Shown here: in pieces, positions 1-10,237 of the stretch
Layout: each line of letters begins with the position of its first letter
How positions within the stretch are numbered: position 1 is the first letter of the stretch
Assembly: GCA_035063885.1 (NCBI GenBank)
Contig: JAPSFM010000002.1
Location: 56,727 to 120,726, forward strand
From: Bryobacterales bacterium
Lineage (GTDB): Bacteria > Acidobacteriota > Terriglobia > Bryobacterales > Bryobacteraceae
Length of the DNA stretch: 64,000 nt
Reading direction: 5' to 3'
Position numbers and translations under genes: made by a program
Notes under the pieces: generated by a model
What the model saw: the letters and a program-made list of their open reading frames with translations, nothing else
Database searches by the model: none
Told to the model about the DNA's origin: nothing

Positions 1-1369
1 GGAACTCGTTGATCACCGTGGGACGGAACGTGTGCGTGTCCGACAACACCAGATTGCGGGTCTGGCGCCGCTGCTTGCGCAAGCCGATGGTCGGAAGGCT
101 GCCTTCGAGCGCGTTGTTGGGCGCACGCATTGCATTGAAGCGGCCGAAGAATGCGTTACTTGACGAGAACTGGTGATCGATGCGGACATCTACCTGTTCT
201 TTCCTCTGCCTCTGTTTGAATTGGTCGCGATAGTTGCCCACCACCGACTCCGGATCGCCGAAGTTCGCGAGCGGGAAAAAGCGCTCTTGAATCTTCAATG
301 CAGTCTGGTTCAGACGGTTCGATGGAATGACGTTACCAGGGAATGGCTGTCCCGTGAGCGGATCCGTGATGTTGATCGGATTTCCCTGGGAGTTGCGAAG
401 CATCGAAAAGTCACCATTACGCAAACGGTTCGATGGCAGATTCAAGTTCAACGCAGCGCCGGTGTGCTGATTGAACGCCTCCAATCCTCCCGAAAAGAAG
501 GTCTTGTTCTTAAACACCGGACCGGAGAAAGTGAACCCATAATCATTCAACACGGCGAAGCCTACACGGCTTTGGAAAAAGTTCCGCGCGTTCAACCCGG
601 CAGTGTTGTAGTACCAGTAGGCACTGCCGTGAAAGTCATTTGTACCACCCTTCGTGATTACGCTGACGTATCCGGGCGCGGAGAACTCGGCCGAGTTGCC
701 GGACATGTCAACTTTCACTTCCTGGATGAAGTCCATCGAGGGGTTGGCCGGCCCAACCTGATTCCCATACAGTGTCGAGTTCGTCGTAATGCCGTCGACC
801 GTGAAGTTGTTCATCGTATAGCGCGTGCCCGCAAAGGAAATAGAAAATCCGTTGATCGTAGGCTGCGCGCCAGGCACCAGCGACATGAAATTATAAAGGA
901 AGCTGTCCCAATTTCCGCGAACATTCATTGGCGCCTGCAAATATTGCTGCGCCGTTTTTACGTCTGAAATAACCGCCGACTCCGTTGAAATCAGCGGCGC
1001 TCCGGCTTCCACCGTGACCGAGGTTGTGATGTCGCCAACTTCGAGTTTGGCATCCACCAGCACAATAGCCGTGGCGTTCAAAATAATACCGTCCGCCACA
1101 AACTTCTTGAAACCGCTTGCTTCGGCGGAAACCGAGTATGTACCGGGTTGCAGGTAACCCGCTTCGTAAGCGCCGCTTTCATTAGTTGTAAACGTTCTTG
1201 CAATTCCGGTTGCGGTGTTCGTGACCACGACTGTTGCCCGGGTAACCGCGGCGCCGGTGGCATCGAGCACACGGCCGCGAATTACACCGAAGGTGGTTTG
1301 CGCAACCAGTAAAGCCTCACAGCACAACACGAGTGCGATTAGACGTAGAAACTCAATTGATCTGTTCAT
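1..1369 (-). CDS. TonB-dependent receptor, N-terminal portion (signal peptide, carboxypeptidase-regulatory-like domain, plug); gene continues beyond window start
   Basis: Own reverse-strand translation from ATG (complement of 1367-1369): MNRSIEFLRLIALVLCCEALLVAQTTFGVIRGRVLDATGAAVTRATVVVTNTATGIARTF...SGAYEAGYLQPGTYSVSAEASGFKKF... down to ...TRNLVLSDTHTFRPTVINEF at base 2. No stop occurs in the window, so it is absent from the ORF track. The pattern matches CarboxypepD_reg-type TonB receptors. Confidence 0.8.
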   Translation of the reverse strand, partial: MNRSIEFLRLIALVLCCEALLVAQTTFGVIRGRVLDATGAAVTRATVVVTNTATGIARTFTTNESGAYEAGYLQPGTYSVSAEASGFKKFVADGIILNATAIVLVDAKLEVGDITTSVTVEAGAPLISTESAVISDVKTAQQYLQAPMNVRGNWDSFLYNFMSLVPGAQPTINGFSISFAGTRYTMNNFTVDGITTNSTLYGNQVGPANPSMDFIQEVKVDMSGNSAEFSAPGYVSVITKGGTNDFHGSAYWYYNTAGLNARNFFQSRVGFAVLNDYGFTFSGPVFKNKTFFSGGLEAFNQHTGAALNLNLPSNRLRNGDFSMLRNSQGNPINITDPLTGQPFPGNVIPSNRLNQTALKIQERFFPLANFGDPESVVGNYRDQFKQRQRKEQVDVRIDHQFSSSNAFFGRFNAMRAPNNALEGSLPTIGLRKQRRQTRNLVLSDTHTFRPTVINEF

Positions 1370-1487
1370 TTGCCCCTGTGGTTCATTTTATGCGCTACGG
1401 CAGTGGTGGTCAACACGAGTAAATGGCAGACGAGCAAATAACAGTTGGACAAATAACAATAACACTCAATCCCACTTTCTACTGATT

Positions 1488-4400
1488 CTATTTTGAGGAG
1501 GAGTTTATTAGATCTCCGCGAAGGTGCATTCGCGCCGGTAGGAAATCGGGCTGAAGAGCGACGGCTTCTTCGAACATCTTCCTGGCTTCGTGTGAATGAC
1601 CCTTGTATTCGGCGGAAAGTCCCAGCACGTATCGGGACTCGACGCGTCTGGCCGGCCGGCGCGAATCCAATTGCGTGCGCGCATAGTTCTCGAACTGCTC
1701 GGCGAGCTTGGAAGCTTCCGCGGCACGTCCGAGTCTGTCCAGTGCAAGCACCATATGGAAGTTCTCGCCGTTCCAATTGCCGGAATCTCCGGACAAATGC
1801 CCGATTCCCGTAATAGCGCGCTCGTAAGCACGGCACGCTGCATCCTTATCACCTTGCGCGTCCAGGGTTCGTCCCAAGTAATACTCTTTTTGCGGTGACG
1901 TCTGCGATGCGAAGTCGTCCACTCCCAGAGAAACCGGCGGTTCGAGCGCGGCTTCGAATTGTTTAATGGCCTCCGGATACCGGCCTTGCCTGAATGCTGC
2001 TCCACCGAGTCCGTACCGCAACAAACGGTACTTGTCACGCAGTCCGTAGCTGCGGTGCCGGGGAGTAAAACGGTGCGACGCAACCAATTGTTCCGCCGCG
2101 TCGTAGTGCCCCTTGATGAGGTTCGCCGTGAGTACACCCTCCGCCAGATTGTCGTCACCCGGCGAGCGTTTGAGTGCCCGCTGCAGAACGGCGAGTTGCT
2201 CGTCAAAACGTCCGGCTTTTGCATACAACGCGCTCAGATCGTTCAACGTCGCAACATGATCGGGATTGAGAGCCACAGCCTTCTCCAATTGCACGGCTGC
2301 TGTTTCCACCGGCCTGCCCTGCTCCGCGTAGGCCAAGCCCAGCGCGCGCCTGGAGCGAAAATCGTCCGACTTCGCCCGGACCGCATTCTCCCAACTCCGG
2401 ATCCCTTCACCGGAACGCCCCAAATAATAGTCGAGCGTTCCCTGAAGGTAGAGCGCCAGTGCGTCCCGCGGGTCCTGTGCAATGGCCCATTCGAGAGCTG
2501 GTTTACTGTTTTCCCGGTAGGGGAAACGGTCGACGTTACCGGCGGCCGAACGGGCCTTGACAAGGTAGTGCGATGCCTCCAGCCGGCTCCCGCTTTGATG
2601 GAGGCAATAAGCGAGGATGTAATAGAACTCGGGCGGCGTACCCCACCGGTCCGCGTTGTTGGTCTCCACCAGCTTCAAAATTTTCGCGGCGGCAGTCCAG
2701 CGCCCCGCATCGCGATAGAAGGAGGAGGTTCCGATCGCTTCCTGGCTTTGTCCGCCCATCAGGCGCACCAGTTCCGCGCCCGCCCGCTCGTCGCCGGTCA
2801 ACAACCATCGCTCGGCCTGCGCGATGCGGTTACCGGGATCCATGCGCTCGATGGCTTCGATTTGTTCCACTGCACCCGCCCGGTCTTCCCGCTCGCGGCT
2901 TACGGCCGCCAGCAGTGCCCGCGCGCTCAGGTGCCGGCCGTCCACTTCTATTGCCTTTCGTAAATGGGCAACCGCTTCGTCGAGATCACTCTTGCCGAGC
3001 GCGATCCGCGCGAGGTTGTATTCCCGATTCGAATAATGAGCGCTGCCCGGCCAGATGTAATACAGGTTCCGCTCCGCCTTGGCCGTCTCACCCAGGCGAA
3101 GCTGGCTGATAGAGAGATAGTAGTAGGCTTCGTCCGCGTAGGGATCACGCTCGATCACCTGCTCAAGATGCTTCACCGCCTCCCGGTAACGGTAATGATT
3201 GAAGTGGTAAATGCCATATTCCAGGTGTGCGCGGGAAAACCCCGAGTCCCGTTCGAGCGCCTTATTTAACAGGTCGAGACCCGCCGCGGAATTCAATTCC
3301 TTCAACTTGAATCGCGCCGCCAGCACCAGTTCCTCCACCGTCATCTGCTCCGGTGTTTTTTGCGGCTTTTCAAGCGAACGGGTGAATGGCGTGTACTCCT
3401 TGCGTCCGGGATTCGTATCGGGGCGGGCGTAGCGCAGTATTTCGCCACCACCGGCTTCGGTCACCGTGACTACCAGGCCGGTTGCGCCAGATGCCGGCAG
3501 TCCCAGATCCTTTACATAAGGCTTGCCTGGTGCGAGATCCGCCGTGGCGTCAAGAATCACTCCCGCGTCAGCTTTCACCATGATGCGAGCGCCCGGAAGA
3601 GGGCGGGTAGCGGTCAGCGCTAATCGCGCGGGCGCCCCGGCGTCTGCCTTCAGGTTCAGGGCGACGTCGCGGGATAGGGTGGTTAAGCCCCCGATACCGG
3701 AAACGGGGACCCACCATTCGCTCCAGCTTTCCGTCTTGTGAGGATAGACCCACTCATAGTGTCCGTCCCATACGTGCCGTCCACTTTGCACCTCGACGTA
3801 CGGCCCGGCGGTGTCCGTGTAGCCCATCTCGTAGGACTTTGCATTCGGCCCGTATCCGAACGTCCACATCTTCATGCCTTGCACAACCCGGCGGTCCGCG
3901 TAGCGAAACACCCCATAGTCGTGGTCATGATGATAGGCGCCCTGGAAATTGTCGTAGATGTCTATGCCGAATACGCCCAGCATGTTCCGATTGTTGCGGT
4001 CCCAACTGTAATCCACGCCGTTGTGCACAGGCCAATCCGCGATTTCAGACGTCGTGTGGCCAATGGTGCGTGTCATCGGATAAATAAACTGCGTCTTCTC
4101 CGTACCGGGTAGAGCGGCGCTCAACCAGAACATCTGCGGCATGCGGCCGTCGCGTGTGTTGTAACAGAAGACGCTCATCTTCACCGCCGCGATTCCCGGA
4201 TAGAGCGTCGCCGAGAGATCAACTCTCATGTGATAGACGGGATCCAACTCGCCCAACATCAATGTCATGCTGCCATCGGCATTCGAGATCACTTTGTTCG
4301 ACCAGAACGGCTCGCCATACAGTGTGAGCATGTGCGCGTCATAGGGGCCCGTGAGCTCAATACCGGACTGATGCCAGCTATTCCGCGGGTTGTAACCTAC

Positions 4401-4769
4401 TGGCTTGATGACATCATTGCGGTAGAACATCTCCCGTCCCCGAACTTTGTCGTAGACCGAGAAGATGCGGCCACCCAGTTCCGGCAAATACGTGAGCTTC
4501 AAATACTCGTTTTCGAGATGAATCGACCGGTATTTTCTTGGTTTGGGGCCGCCCGGCTTGAATGGCATCCTGTACGTCGTGAAAGGATAAAGGCCCCTTA
4601 CGGATGAATTGCCGAACAGCGGCGGTTCGAGTTCCCTGGCACTGTGTTCATAGGTTGGAATCTCCAAGGTGGCTTCGTAGGTCTTTACAGCAGACGATTC
4701 AGCCGCCAATACCGTAAGAGCCGAAAGGAGCAGACAGGAAGTGAAAACACAAGGATGACGCGCGGACAT
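1488..4769 (-). CDS. Secreted DUF5107-like domain protein with long C-terminal TPR array
   Basis: 1093-aa ORF with a signal-like N-terminus (MSARHPCVFTSCLLLSALTVLAAES). The first ~370 aa (YPFTTYRMPF, WTFGYGPN, WWVPVSGIGG) resemble DUF5107. The rest is repeated TPR-like helical units (e.g. AHLEYGIYHFNHYRYREAVKHLEQVIERDP). Confidence 0.7.
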   Translation of the reverse strand: MSARHPCVFTSCLLLSALTVLAAESSAVKTYEATLEIPTYEHSARELEPPLFGNSSVRGLYPFTTYRMPFKPGGPKPRKYRSIHLENEYLKLTYLPELGGRIFSVYDKVRGREMFYRNDVIKPVGYNPRNSWHQSGIELTGPYDAHMLTLYGEPFWSNKVISNADGSMTLMLGELDPVYHMRVDLSATLYPGIAAVKMSVFCYNTRDGRMPQMFWLSAALPGTEKTQFIYPMTRTIGHTTSEIADWPVHNGVDYSWDRNNRNMLGVFGIDIYDNFQGAYHHDHDYGVFRYADRRVVQGMKMWTFGYGPNAKSYEMGYTDTAGPYVEVQSGRHVWDGHYEWVYPHKTESWSEWWVPVSGIGGLTTLSRDVALNLKADAGAPARLALTATRPLPGARIMVKADAGVILDATADLAPGKPYVKDLGLPASGATGLVVTVTEAGGGEILRYARPDTNPGRKEYTPFTRSLEKPQKTPEQMTVEELVLAARFKLKELNSAAGLDLLNKALERDSGFSRAHLEYGIYHFNHYRYREAVKHLEQVIERDPYADEAYYYLSISQLRLGETAKAERNLYYIWPGSAHYSNREYNLARIALGKSDLDEAVAHLRKAIEVDGRHLSARALLAAVSREREDRAGAVEQIEAIERMDPGNRIAQAERWLLTGDERAGAELVRLMGGQSQEAIGTSSFYRDAGRWTAAAKILKLVETNNADRWGTPPEFYYILAYCLHQSGSRLEASHYLVKARSAAGNVDRFPYRENSKPALEWAIAQDPRDALALYLQGTLDYYLGRSGEGIRSWENAVRAKSDDFRSRRALGLAYAEQGRPVETAAVQLEKAVALNPDHVATLNDLSALYAKAGRFDEQLAVLQRALKRSPGDDNLAEGVLTANLIKGHYDAAEQLVASHRFTPRHRSYGLRDKYRLLRYGLGGAAFRQGRYPEAIKQFEAALEPPVSLGVDDFASQTSPQKEYYLGRTLDAQGDKDAACRAYERAITGIGHLSGDSGNWNGENFHMVLALDRLGRAAEASKLAEQFENYARTQLDSRRPARRVESRYVLGLSAEYKGHSHEARKMFEEAVALQPDFLPARMHLRGDLINSSSK

Positions 4770-4919
4770 AACTATTTTTGAATCTATAGATAAGTGTATC
4801 GTTCCCCGGCTTACACGCGCCGAATCGCTTACTACAACGGGCGGCTCCGTTTCCCAACCACAACCGCAAGGGTTGGTTGACTGGTAAAGGCTGCATTTTC
4901 CCGTGTACGGTGCTCAGGC

Positions 4920-4925
4920 TATAAT
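4920..4925 (+). promoter_or_regulatory. Candidate -10 box (TATAAT) 9 nt before ATG 4935; possible leaderless or near-leaderless transcript
   Basis: Perfect TATAAT at 4920-4925 in the divergent intergenic region 4770-4934. No Shine-Dalgarno sequence lies between it and the ATG at 4935. Only a weak -35 (TTTCCC, 17-nt spacer). Confidence 0.25.
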
Positions 4926-4934
4926 CCGGGCTGA

Positions 4935-5882
4935 ATGACAATGGAACGGAACGTATCGAGAAGAACACTGCTGGCCAGCGCCGCGGGTGTCGCGGCGGGC
5001 GCACTGCCGGCAACTGCCGCCGCCGGGCGGGGCCAACTCGGCTGCATGACGATGCTCTACCGCGCCCATCCACTGGATACGGCGCTCCATGGAATCAAAA
5101 AAGCTGGTTTCCAATACGTGGTTCCGGCGCGGGCACACGCTGATAAGGAAGTATTCGCACCTGCGATGTCTTCCGCCGCACGCGCGGAGTTGAAGGCCAA
5201 ACTCAAAGATCACGGCCTAACGGCGAATATGAGCCTGGGCGGATTCGGTCCCGAACTGGGCAAGTCCGGTGGACTTGAAAAATACATCGCTGAGCTCGAC
5301 CTCTGCGCCGATTTCGGCATACCGGTGATTGTCGGCGGCGGACCCTGGCACTTCCAAAAATGGCCGAACCTTCCTAAGCGCGACCGGGACTGGCAAAAGG
5401 AAGTCGCAGCTTTCTACAACGATCTGGAAAAAGCGGTACGCCATGCCGGATCGGTGAAAGTAACCATTACACTGAAGCCCCACACCGGTATTACCGCGCG
5501 GGCGAAGGAATGCATGGAAGTCGTCAAAAGGCTGCCCTCCGAATGGCTCAAGATCTGTTGGGATGCGGGGAATGTCTCGTTCTACGAAGGCATCTACCCC
5601 GATCCCGATCTTCCGGATCTTGCGCCGCATGTCAAGGCGGTGTGCATCAAAGACCACCAGGGCGGCCGGGCCGAAGGCAATTTCCCCGTACCGGGTAAAG
5701 GGCAGATCGATCACGACATGATGTTCCGTACACTGTTCGGCGCGGGCTTCAGCGGCCCCATGGGCGTCGAAAAAGTGGAAGGTCGCGACAATGTGATGAA
5801 GATGCCCGCCGCCCAGATCGACGAGCGCGTGGCGCAGGCGTACAGCTTTCTGACTTCTGCAATCGAAAGGGCGTCGTCCTGA
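4935..5882 (+). CDS. Sugar phosphate isomerase/epimerase family protein (xylose-isomerase-like TIM barrel) with Tat signal
   Basis: 315-aa ORF with a twin-arginine leader (SRRTLLASAAGVAAGALPATAAAG). Overall resemblance to AP_endonuc_2 / xylose-isomerase-like TIM barrel proteins. Confidence 0.65.
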   Translation: MTMERNVSRRTLLASAAGVAAGALPATAAAGRGQLGCMTMLYRAHPLDTALHGIKKAGFQYVVPARAHADKEVFAPAMSSAARAELKAKLKDHGLTANMSLGGFGPELGKSGGLEKYIAELDLCADFGIPVIVGGGPWHFQKWPNLPKRDRDWQKEVAAFYNDLEKAVRHAGSVKVTITLKPHTGITARAKECMEVVKRLPSEWLKICWDAGNVSFYEGIYPDPDLPDLAPHVKAVCIKDHQGGRAEGNFPVPGKGQIDHDMMFRTLFGAGFSGPMGVEKVEGRDNVMKMPAAQIDERVAQAYSFLTSAIERASS

Positions 5883-5889
5883 TGCAGCG

Positions 5890-7080
5890 CTACGCCCGCG
5901 GCTCCACCGGGGTTCCATCTTCGATCGTCTCATCCGGGTAGGCGATCACCCGCTCTCCAGGCTGGAGCCCGCTAGTGATCTCAGTTCTCAACCCCGAACG
6001 GTGACCCAGTTCCACCAGCCGCCGGCGCGCGCTGCCTCCATCGACAACAAATACCGCCCACCCGTCGCCATACCGGAACAGCGAGCTGGTTGGCACTTGC
6101 AGAACATCCTGGCCCTGCCAGAGAATAAAGCTCGCCTCCACACGGTAGCCAGCGCCCAGCCCGCTCCAGACCGTCTCGGGAGAGGTAAGGATGGCAATGA
6201 CCGGAACACGTTGCTCCTCTACTCCAAGCGCGGATATCTTTGTGAAGCCTGAAGGTTCGATCCGCTGCACAACACCCTCGAGCGAACCATCCCCACCCCA
6301 CCGCGTGAATACGACGGACGTTCCCGGCTTAATCCGGACCGCGTCGGGCGAAAGCACTTCGATTTCCACCTCGATCGCTCTGGCATTGCCGATCTCCAGC
6401 AGCGGTTCTCCCACCGAAATCGCTCCCGCGCTTTCGCGAAGCAACTTCAGCACACGGCCGGCGACAGGCGCGCGCACTTCCACGATGCCGGTGGCTTGGG
6501 GTGTGCCGGTGAACTCCGTGACCGCTGCACGGGCTCGCCGAAGCTCCGATTGTGCAGCCTCCATCGCATGCTGTGCTTCGGCCAACGCCGCCGCCGCGCG
6601 CTGCTGTTCGGAAACGGTCTGTTCCAGCCGCGAACGGGCGATATCGCCTGTCCGAACCAGGTCATTCACCCTTTTCAGTTCCGCGGACCAGTACTCCGCA
6701 TTCGCCGTGGCCGCGCGGATCCGTTGCTCGGCTGCCTGGACCTGGGCCCCGGCAACGGCAACAGCCGCCCGCCCTTCCGCCAGGCTCCGCATGTCGAGCG
6801 GAACCGGCCGCGAGGGTTCAATAGTTGCGACTACCTGCCCTTGCTTCACCGGATCGCCGGCGTCGAAATCAAGGCGTCTGTTGTATCCGGTCACGGGCGC
6901 GTAGATAACGTAACGCTCCTTGACTCGCGTTTTGCCTTCCTCTTCCACGGTCACGGTGAGCGGACCGCGAACCACTTCCGCCATTTCAATAGGAACCGGC
7001 TGTGGCCGCAGCGCATACACGATCGCCGCCACGATGCCGGCGGCGATCGACAGGATAACGGTCCACCTGCGCCAGTGCAC
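5890..7080 (-). CDS. Efflux periplasmic adaptor (HlyD/MFP family, MacA-like)
   Basis: 396 aa with an N-terminal TM anchor (WTVILSIAAGIVAAIVYAL). Has a coiled-coil segment (AQVQAAEQRIRAATANAEYWSAELKRVNDL...) and beta-barrel-type C-terminus. Starts 3 nt downstream of the ABC permease gene. Confidence 0.8.
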   Translation of the reverse strand: MHWRRWTVILSIAAGIVAAIVYALRPQPVPIEMAEVVRGPLTVTVEEEGKTRVKERYVIYAPVTGYNRRLDFDAGDPVKQGQVVATIEPSRPVPLDMRSLAEGRAAVAVAGAQVQAAEQRIRAATANAEYWSAELKRVNDLVRTGDIARSRLEQTVSEQQRAAAALAEAQHAMEAAQSELRRARAAVTEFTGTPQATGIVEVRAPVAGRVLKLLRESAGAISVGEPLLEIGNARAIEVEIEVLSPDAVRIKPGTSVVFTRWGGDGSLEGVVQRIEPSGFTKISALGVEEQRVPVIAILTSPETVWSGLGAGYRVEASFILWQGQDVLQVPTSSLFRYGDGWAVFVVDGGSARRRLVELGHRSGLRTEITSGLQPGERVIAYPDETIEDGTPVEPRA

Positions 7081-7083
7081 GCG

Positions 7084-9444
7084 CTACTCCCGCACCTTCA
7101 GCACTTCCACCAGATCGAGCTTATAGATCTTTCGCAAGATCCCCGCACCCGAAATTAACGCTGATGCCAACACGACGATGGCGGCGAACGCATACGTGCT
7201 GGGATCGACGATCACCGGAACGCGGAACAGATCGGTCTGTACATTGCTGATCATAAATGCTCCAAGACCCCTTCCCATAAAGAATCCGATCGGAATTGCC
7301 GCAACCGTCAATACCGCAAGCTCACCGAGCAGAATGTAGGCTACCTCGAAACGTGTGAAACCCAGCACCCGCAGGCTTGCCAGTTCACGGCTACGCTCCG
7401 AAAATCCTATGCGCGCGCTGTTATACACGACGCCAAATGCAATGCTGGCCGCCAGCAGGGTATTGAAGAACGCAAACGTGAGCGCCTGCTTCGCCATGGT
7501 TTCATAGAAATTCCGCAGCGCGTTCGCCCGTACGCCCGCGCCGGCCACACGTGGCATCTCACGCAATTCGGCGTAGATCTCCTTGTCGTGTTCCGAATCG
7601 GTTTCCATATAGGCTCCTGAGATGGAGGGCGCCTCACCCATCGCGCAGTTCAATGCCTCCAGTTCCATGTACGCTCCAACGCCCACGAATTCCTTTGCGA
7701 CGGCCACAAGAGGAAGCCGGAGCACCCGACGTTCGCCTTCGAGAGTTTCCACCGTCAGCGTATCGCCGGGCCTCACATGCAGAATGCCGGCGAGATAGTC
7801 AGTCAGAAGCAGGCCGTGCTCCTGTACAGGAGCCGGCTTCAACTCGCTGTCCAGCACTCTGCGCAAAACCGCACCGTGTGGCAATCCCTGTATCGACGTG
7901 CGATAGCTTCGCTGTTCAAACCGCAGACGTACCGGAACAGAACGAAAGGGCTCGGCATATCGTACACCGGGCATCGCTTTGAGCGAAGAAATTGCCTTGG
8001 CGGACGCCGGTTCGTTGAAAATAACGTTGAGATCGTCATGCTGCGCAAACTGAAACTGAATGCGGACAATGTAATCCACGGAATCGCTGAACAGCGTGCC
8101 GACGACCAGGATGGCGCAGGCTGCCGCCACACCGAGAATGGAGAGCACAGACTTGAGAGGCCGGCGCTCCAGGTTTCGCACGATCATCCGTGTCGGCTGT
8201 GAGACCGAGCGCGCCAGCGGCAGCGACTCAAGGAAACTGCGCCGGTAGCGTGGGGGAACCGGAGGCTGCATTGCTACCGCCGGCGGCAGCGACGCCGCCC
8301 GGTAGACCGCATGAAGCGTCCCCAATCCAGCGGCTACGCCACTGATCAGCGCCGCCACGAAAATCATGTCCGGGCGCAAATGGAACAGCAGAAATGGAAA
8401 GCGGTAATACTCCATATACAGACTGCCCAGAGCTTGTCCCAGCCACGCTCCCAAAGCGATTCCTCCGGCGATGCCCGCCGCAATAATCATTGCCACCAGC
8501 GCCAGGTAATGCAGTACAAGATCGGTTGTCGCATATCCGAAAGCCTTCAACACGCCCATCTGTTCACGCTGTGTGGCGATCACCCGCGTAATCACGATAT
8601 TCAACAGAAACGCTGCGACACCGTAAAAGATTGCCGGGAAAATGACGGCCATCTGGCGGAGCTGGTCGAACTCACTGGATAAATATTTGTTCGATAACTG
8701 GTCTTCGCGTCCATATGCGCCAAGGCCGCCGTAGCGGGCGAGAATCTCATCCATGCGGTCGATGATCTCTTTGATGTTTGCGCTTCGCTCGATAGAAAAT
8801 GTGACGTCGTTGAAAGCGCCTTCCATATCGTAGGCGGCTGCGAGGGCGTCTTCGGGCATCCACAGGATGCCAAAGGTTTTGAAGTCCGGAATCAGGGCAC
8901 CCGGCTGCACCTGGTATATGAACTCCGGGGAGAACGCGATGCCGGTAATCTCCAATCTGCGCCGCCGCCCGTTGATGGTGGCGTAGAAATGAGTGCCCGC
9001 CCGAAATTGGTGCGCGCTTGCGAAGCTGTCGCTTACCAGCACCTCGTTGTCGCGGGATGGGTCCGGCATTCTGCCGCTTCGAAGATAGATGGCATTCAAC
9101 AACGGGCCGCTTTCCGGTATGGAAACAATTTGCGCGCTGACAGGTTCGTCGAAATTGTCGATCGTGAGATTCGCCGCGGCGAGCACGCGGGTCTCCAGCA
9201 TCTGGATGCCGGGGATTTCCCGAAGACGGGCCGCTACACTCCTGGGCGCCCGCTTTAGCGGCGCGAATCCATCCGCGAAACGGTACTCACGATAGTAGGC
9301 GGCGAGGGTGGATTCGAGCGCGTCGAGAGTGCTCACCGACATGATGTAGGTTGCGGCGCCGCTCGCCACCACCAGCGCGATAGCGAGCGCCTGCCCGCGC
9401 ATTCCCACGAGATCACGGAGGATCTTCCGGTTAATCGCTCTCAT
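7084..9444 (-). CDS. ABC transporter permease with duplicated FtsX/MacB-type domains
   Basis: 786 aa with two hydrophobic 4-TM blocks separated by large soluble loops, the layout of FtsX-family permeases. Lies 3 nt downstream of the ATPase gene. Confidence 0.75.
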   Translation of the reverse strand: MRAINRKILRDLVGMRGQALAIALVVASGAATYIMSVSTLDALESTLAAYYREYRFADGFAPLKRAPRSVAARLREIPGIQMLETRVLAAANLTIDNFDEPVSAQIVSIPESGPLLNAIYLRSGRMPDPSRDNEVLVSDSFASAHQFRAGTHFYATINGRRRRLEITGIAFSPEFIYQVQPGALIPDFKTFGILWMPEDALAAAYDMEGAFNDVTFSIERSANIKEIIDRMDEILARYGGLGAYGREDQLSNKYLSSEFDQLRQMAVIFPAIFYGVAAFLLNIVITRVIATQREQMGVLKAFGYATTDLVLHYLALVAMIIAAGIAGGIALGAWLGQALGSLYMEYYRFPFLLFHLRPDMIFVAALISGVAAGLGTLHAVYRAASLPPAVAMQPPVPPRYRRSFLESLPLARSVSQPTRMIVRNLERRPLKSVLSILGVAAACAILVVGTLFSDSVDYIVRIQFQFAQHDDLNVIFNEPASAKAISSLKAMPGVRYAEPFRSVPVRLRFEQRSYRTSIQGLPHGAVLRRVLDSELKPAPVQEHGLLLTDYLAGILHVRPGDTLTVETLEGERRVLRLPLVAVAKEFVGVGAYMELEALNCAMGEAPSISGAYMETDSEHDKEIYAELREMPRVAGAGVRANALRNFYETMAKQALTFAFFNTLLAASIAFGVVYNSARIGFSERSRELASLRVLGFTRFEVAYILLGELAVLTVAAIPIGFFMGRGLGAFMISNVQTDLFRVPVIVDPSTYAFAAIVVLASALISGAGILRKIYKLDLVEVLKVRE

Positions 9445-9447
9445 GCG

Positions 9448-10161
9448 TCACCAGTGGAGATCGCGCGGCTCCTTCTTGTCCCGATTTTGCTCTGTGCGTA
9501 CAATGTGCCCATCGCTCAGATAAATCACCCGGTCGGCAATTGAGGCAATGTCGGCATTGTGCGTGATGATGGCGGTGGTGGTGCCCATCTGTCGATTCAC
9601 GCGCATCAGAGCCTCCAACACAACAATTCCGGTTTCGGAATCGAGCGCTCCGGTAGGCTCGTCGCACAATAGCACCGCGGGACGTTTCGCAATCGCCCTT
9701 GCGATGGCGACGCGCTGCTGCTGCCCGCCGGACAGTTGGGACGGAAAATGGTCCATGCGATCCCCCAAACCCACCAGTTCGAGAGCATCTTCCGGCCGCA
9801 TGGGGTCAAGCGCAATCTCGGTCACAACCGAAACATTTTCCCGCGCAGTGAGACTGGGAATCAGGTTATAGAACTGGAAGACAAAACCGACGTAATGGCG
9901 CCGGTAGTTCGTCAGGTCACGCTCGGATGCCCGTGACAGGTCGCGTCCCTCGTAAGTAACCTCACCGGAGGTGACGCGATCGAGACCGCCCAGTATATTC
10001 AACAGCGTAGACTTGCCGCTGCCCGACGGCCCGAGGAGCACGGTAAATTCGGCGGCATATAATTCCAGATCCACCCCGCGCAACGCGTGCACCTCCACAT
10101 CGCCCATGTGGTAGACCTTCGTAATGCCTGTTGCCGAAAAAACGCGGCGCGGTTCTGCCAT
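9448..10161 (-). CDS. ABC transporter ATP-binding protein (MacB/LolD-type)
   Basis: Walker [10 protein letters not shown], signature [14 protein letters not shown], Walker [12 protein letters not shown]. Confidence 0.9.
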   Translation of the reverse strand: MAEPRRVFSATGITKVYHMGDVEVHALRGVDLELYAAEFTVLLGPSGSGKSTLLNILGGLDRVTSGEVTYEGRDLSRASERDLTNYRRHYVGFVFQFYNLIPSLTARENVSVVTEIALDPMRPEDALELVGLGDRMDHFPSQLSGGQQQRVAIARAIAKRPAVLLCDEPTGALDSETGIVVLEALMRVNRQMGTTTAIITHNADIASIADRVIYLSDGHIVRTEQNRDKKEPRDLHW

Positions 10162-10237
10162 GAGTGGACCCGGACATGTCTCGCTTACCGCATAAAAATT
10201 GATCTCTGATCGCGGGCCTGCAGCAGAATTCGCGTAT

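Noticed and set aside
173-967. 264-aa plus-strand ORF at the window start
   Set aside because: It lies antisense to a clearly coding TonB-receptor frame. Its translation is R/V/H-rich and low-complexity with no motifs, a typical GC-rich antisense artefact.
1370-1487. Possible cobalamin or other riboswitch upstream of the TonB-dependent receptor gene
   Set aside because: The spacer is only 118 nt and AT-rich, with no B12-box-like sequence or extended pairing. It is too short for the known receptor-associated riboswitch classes.
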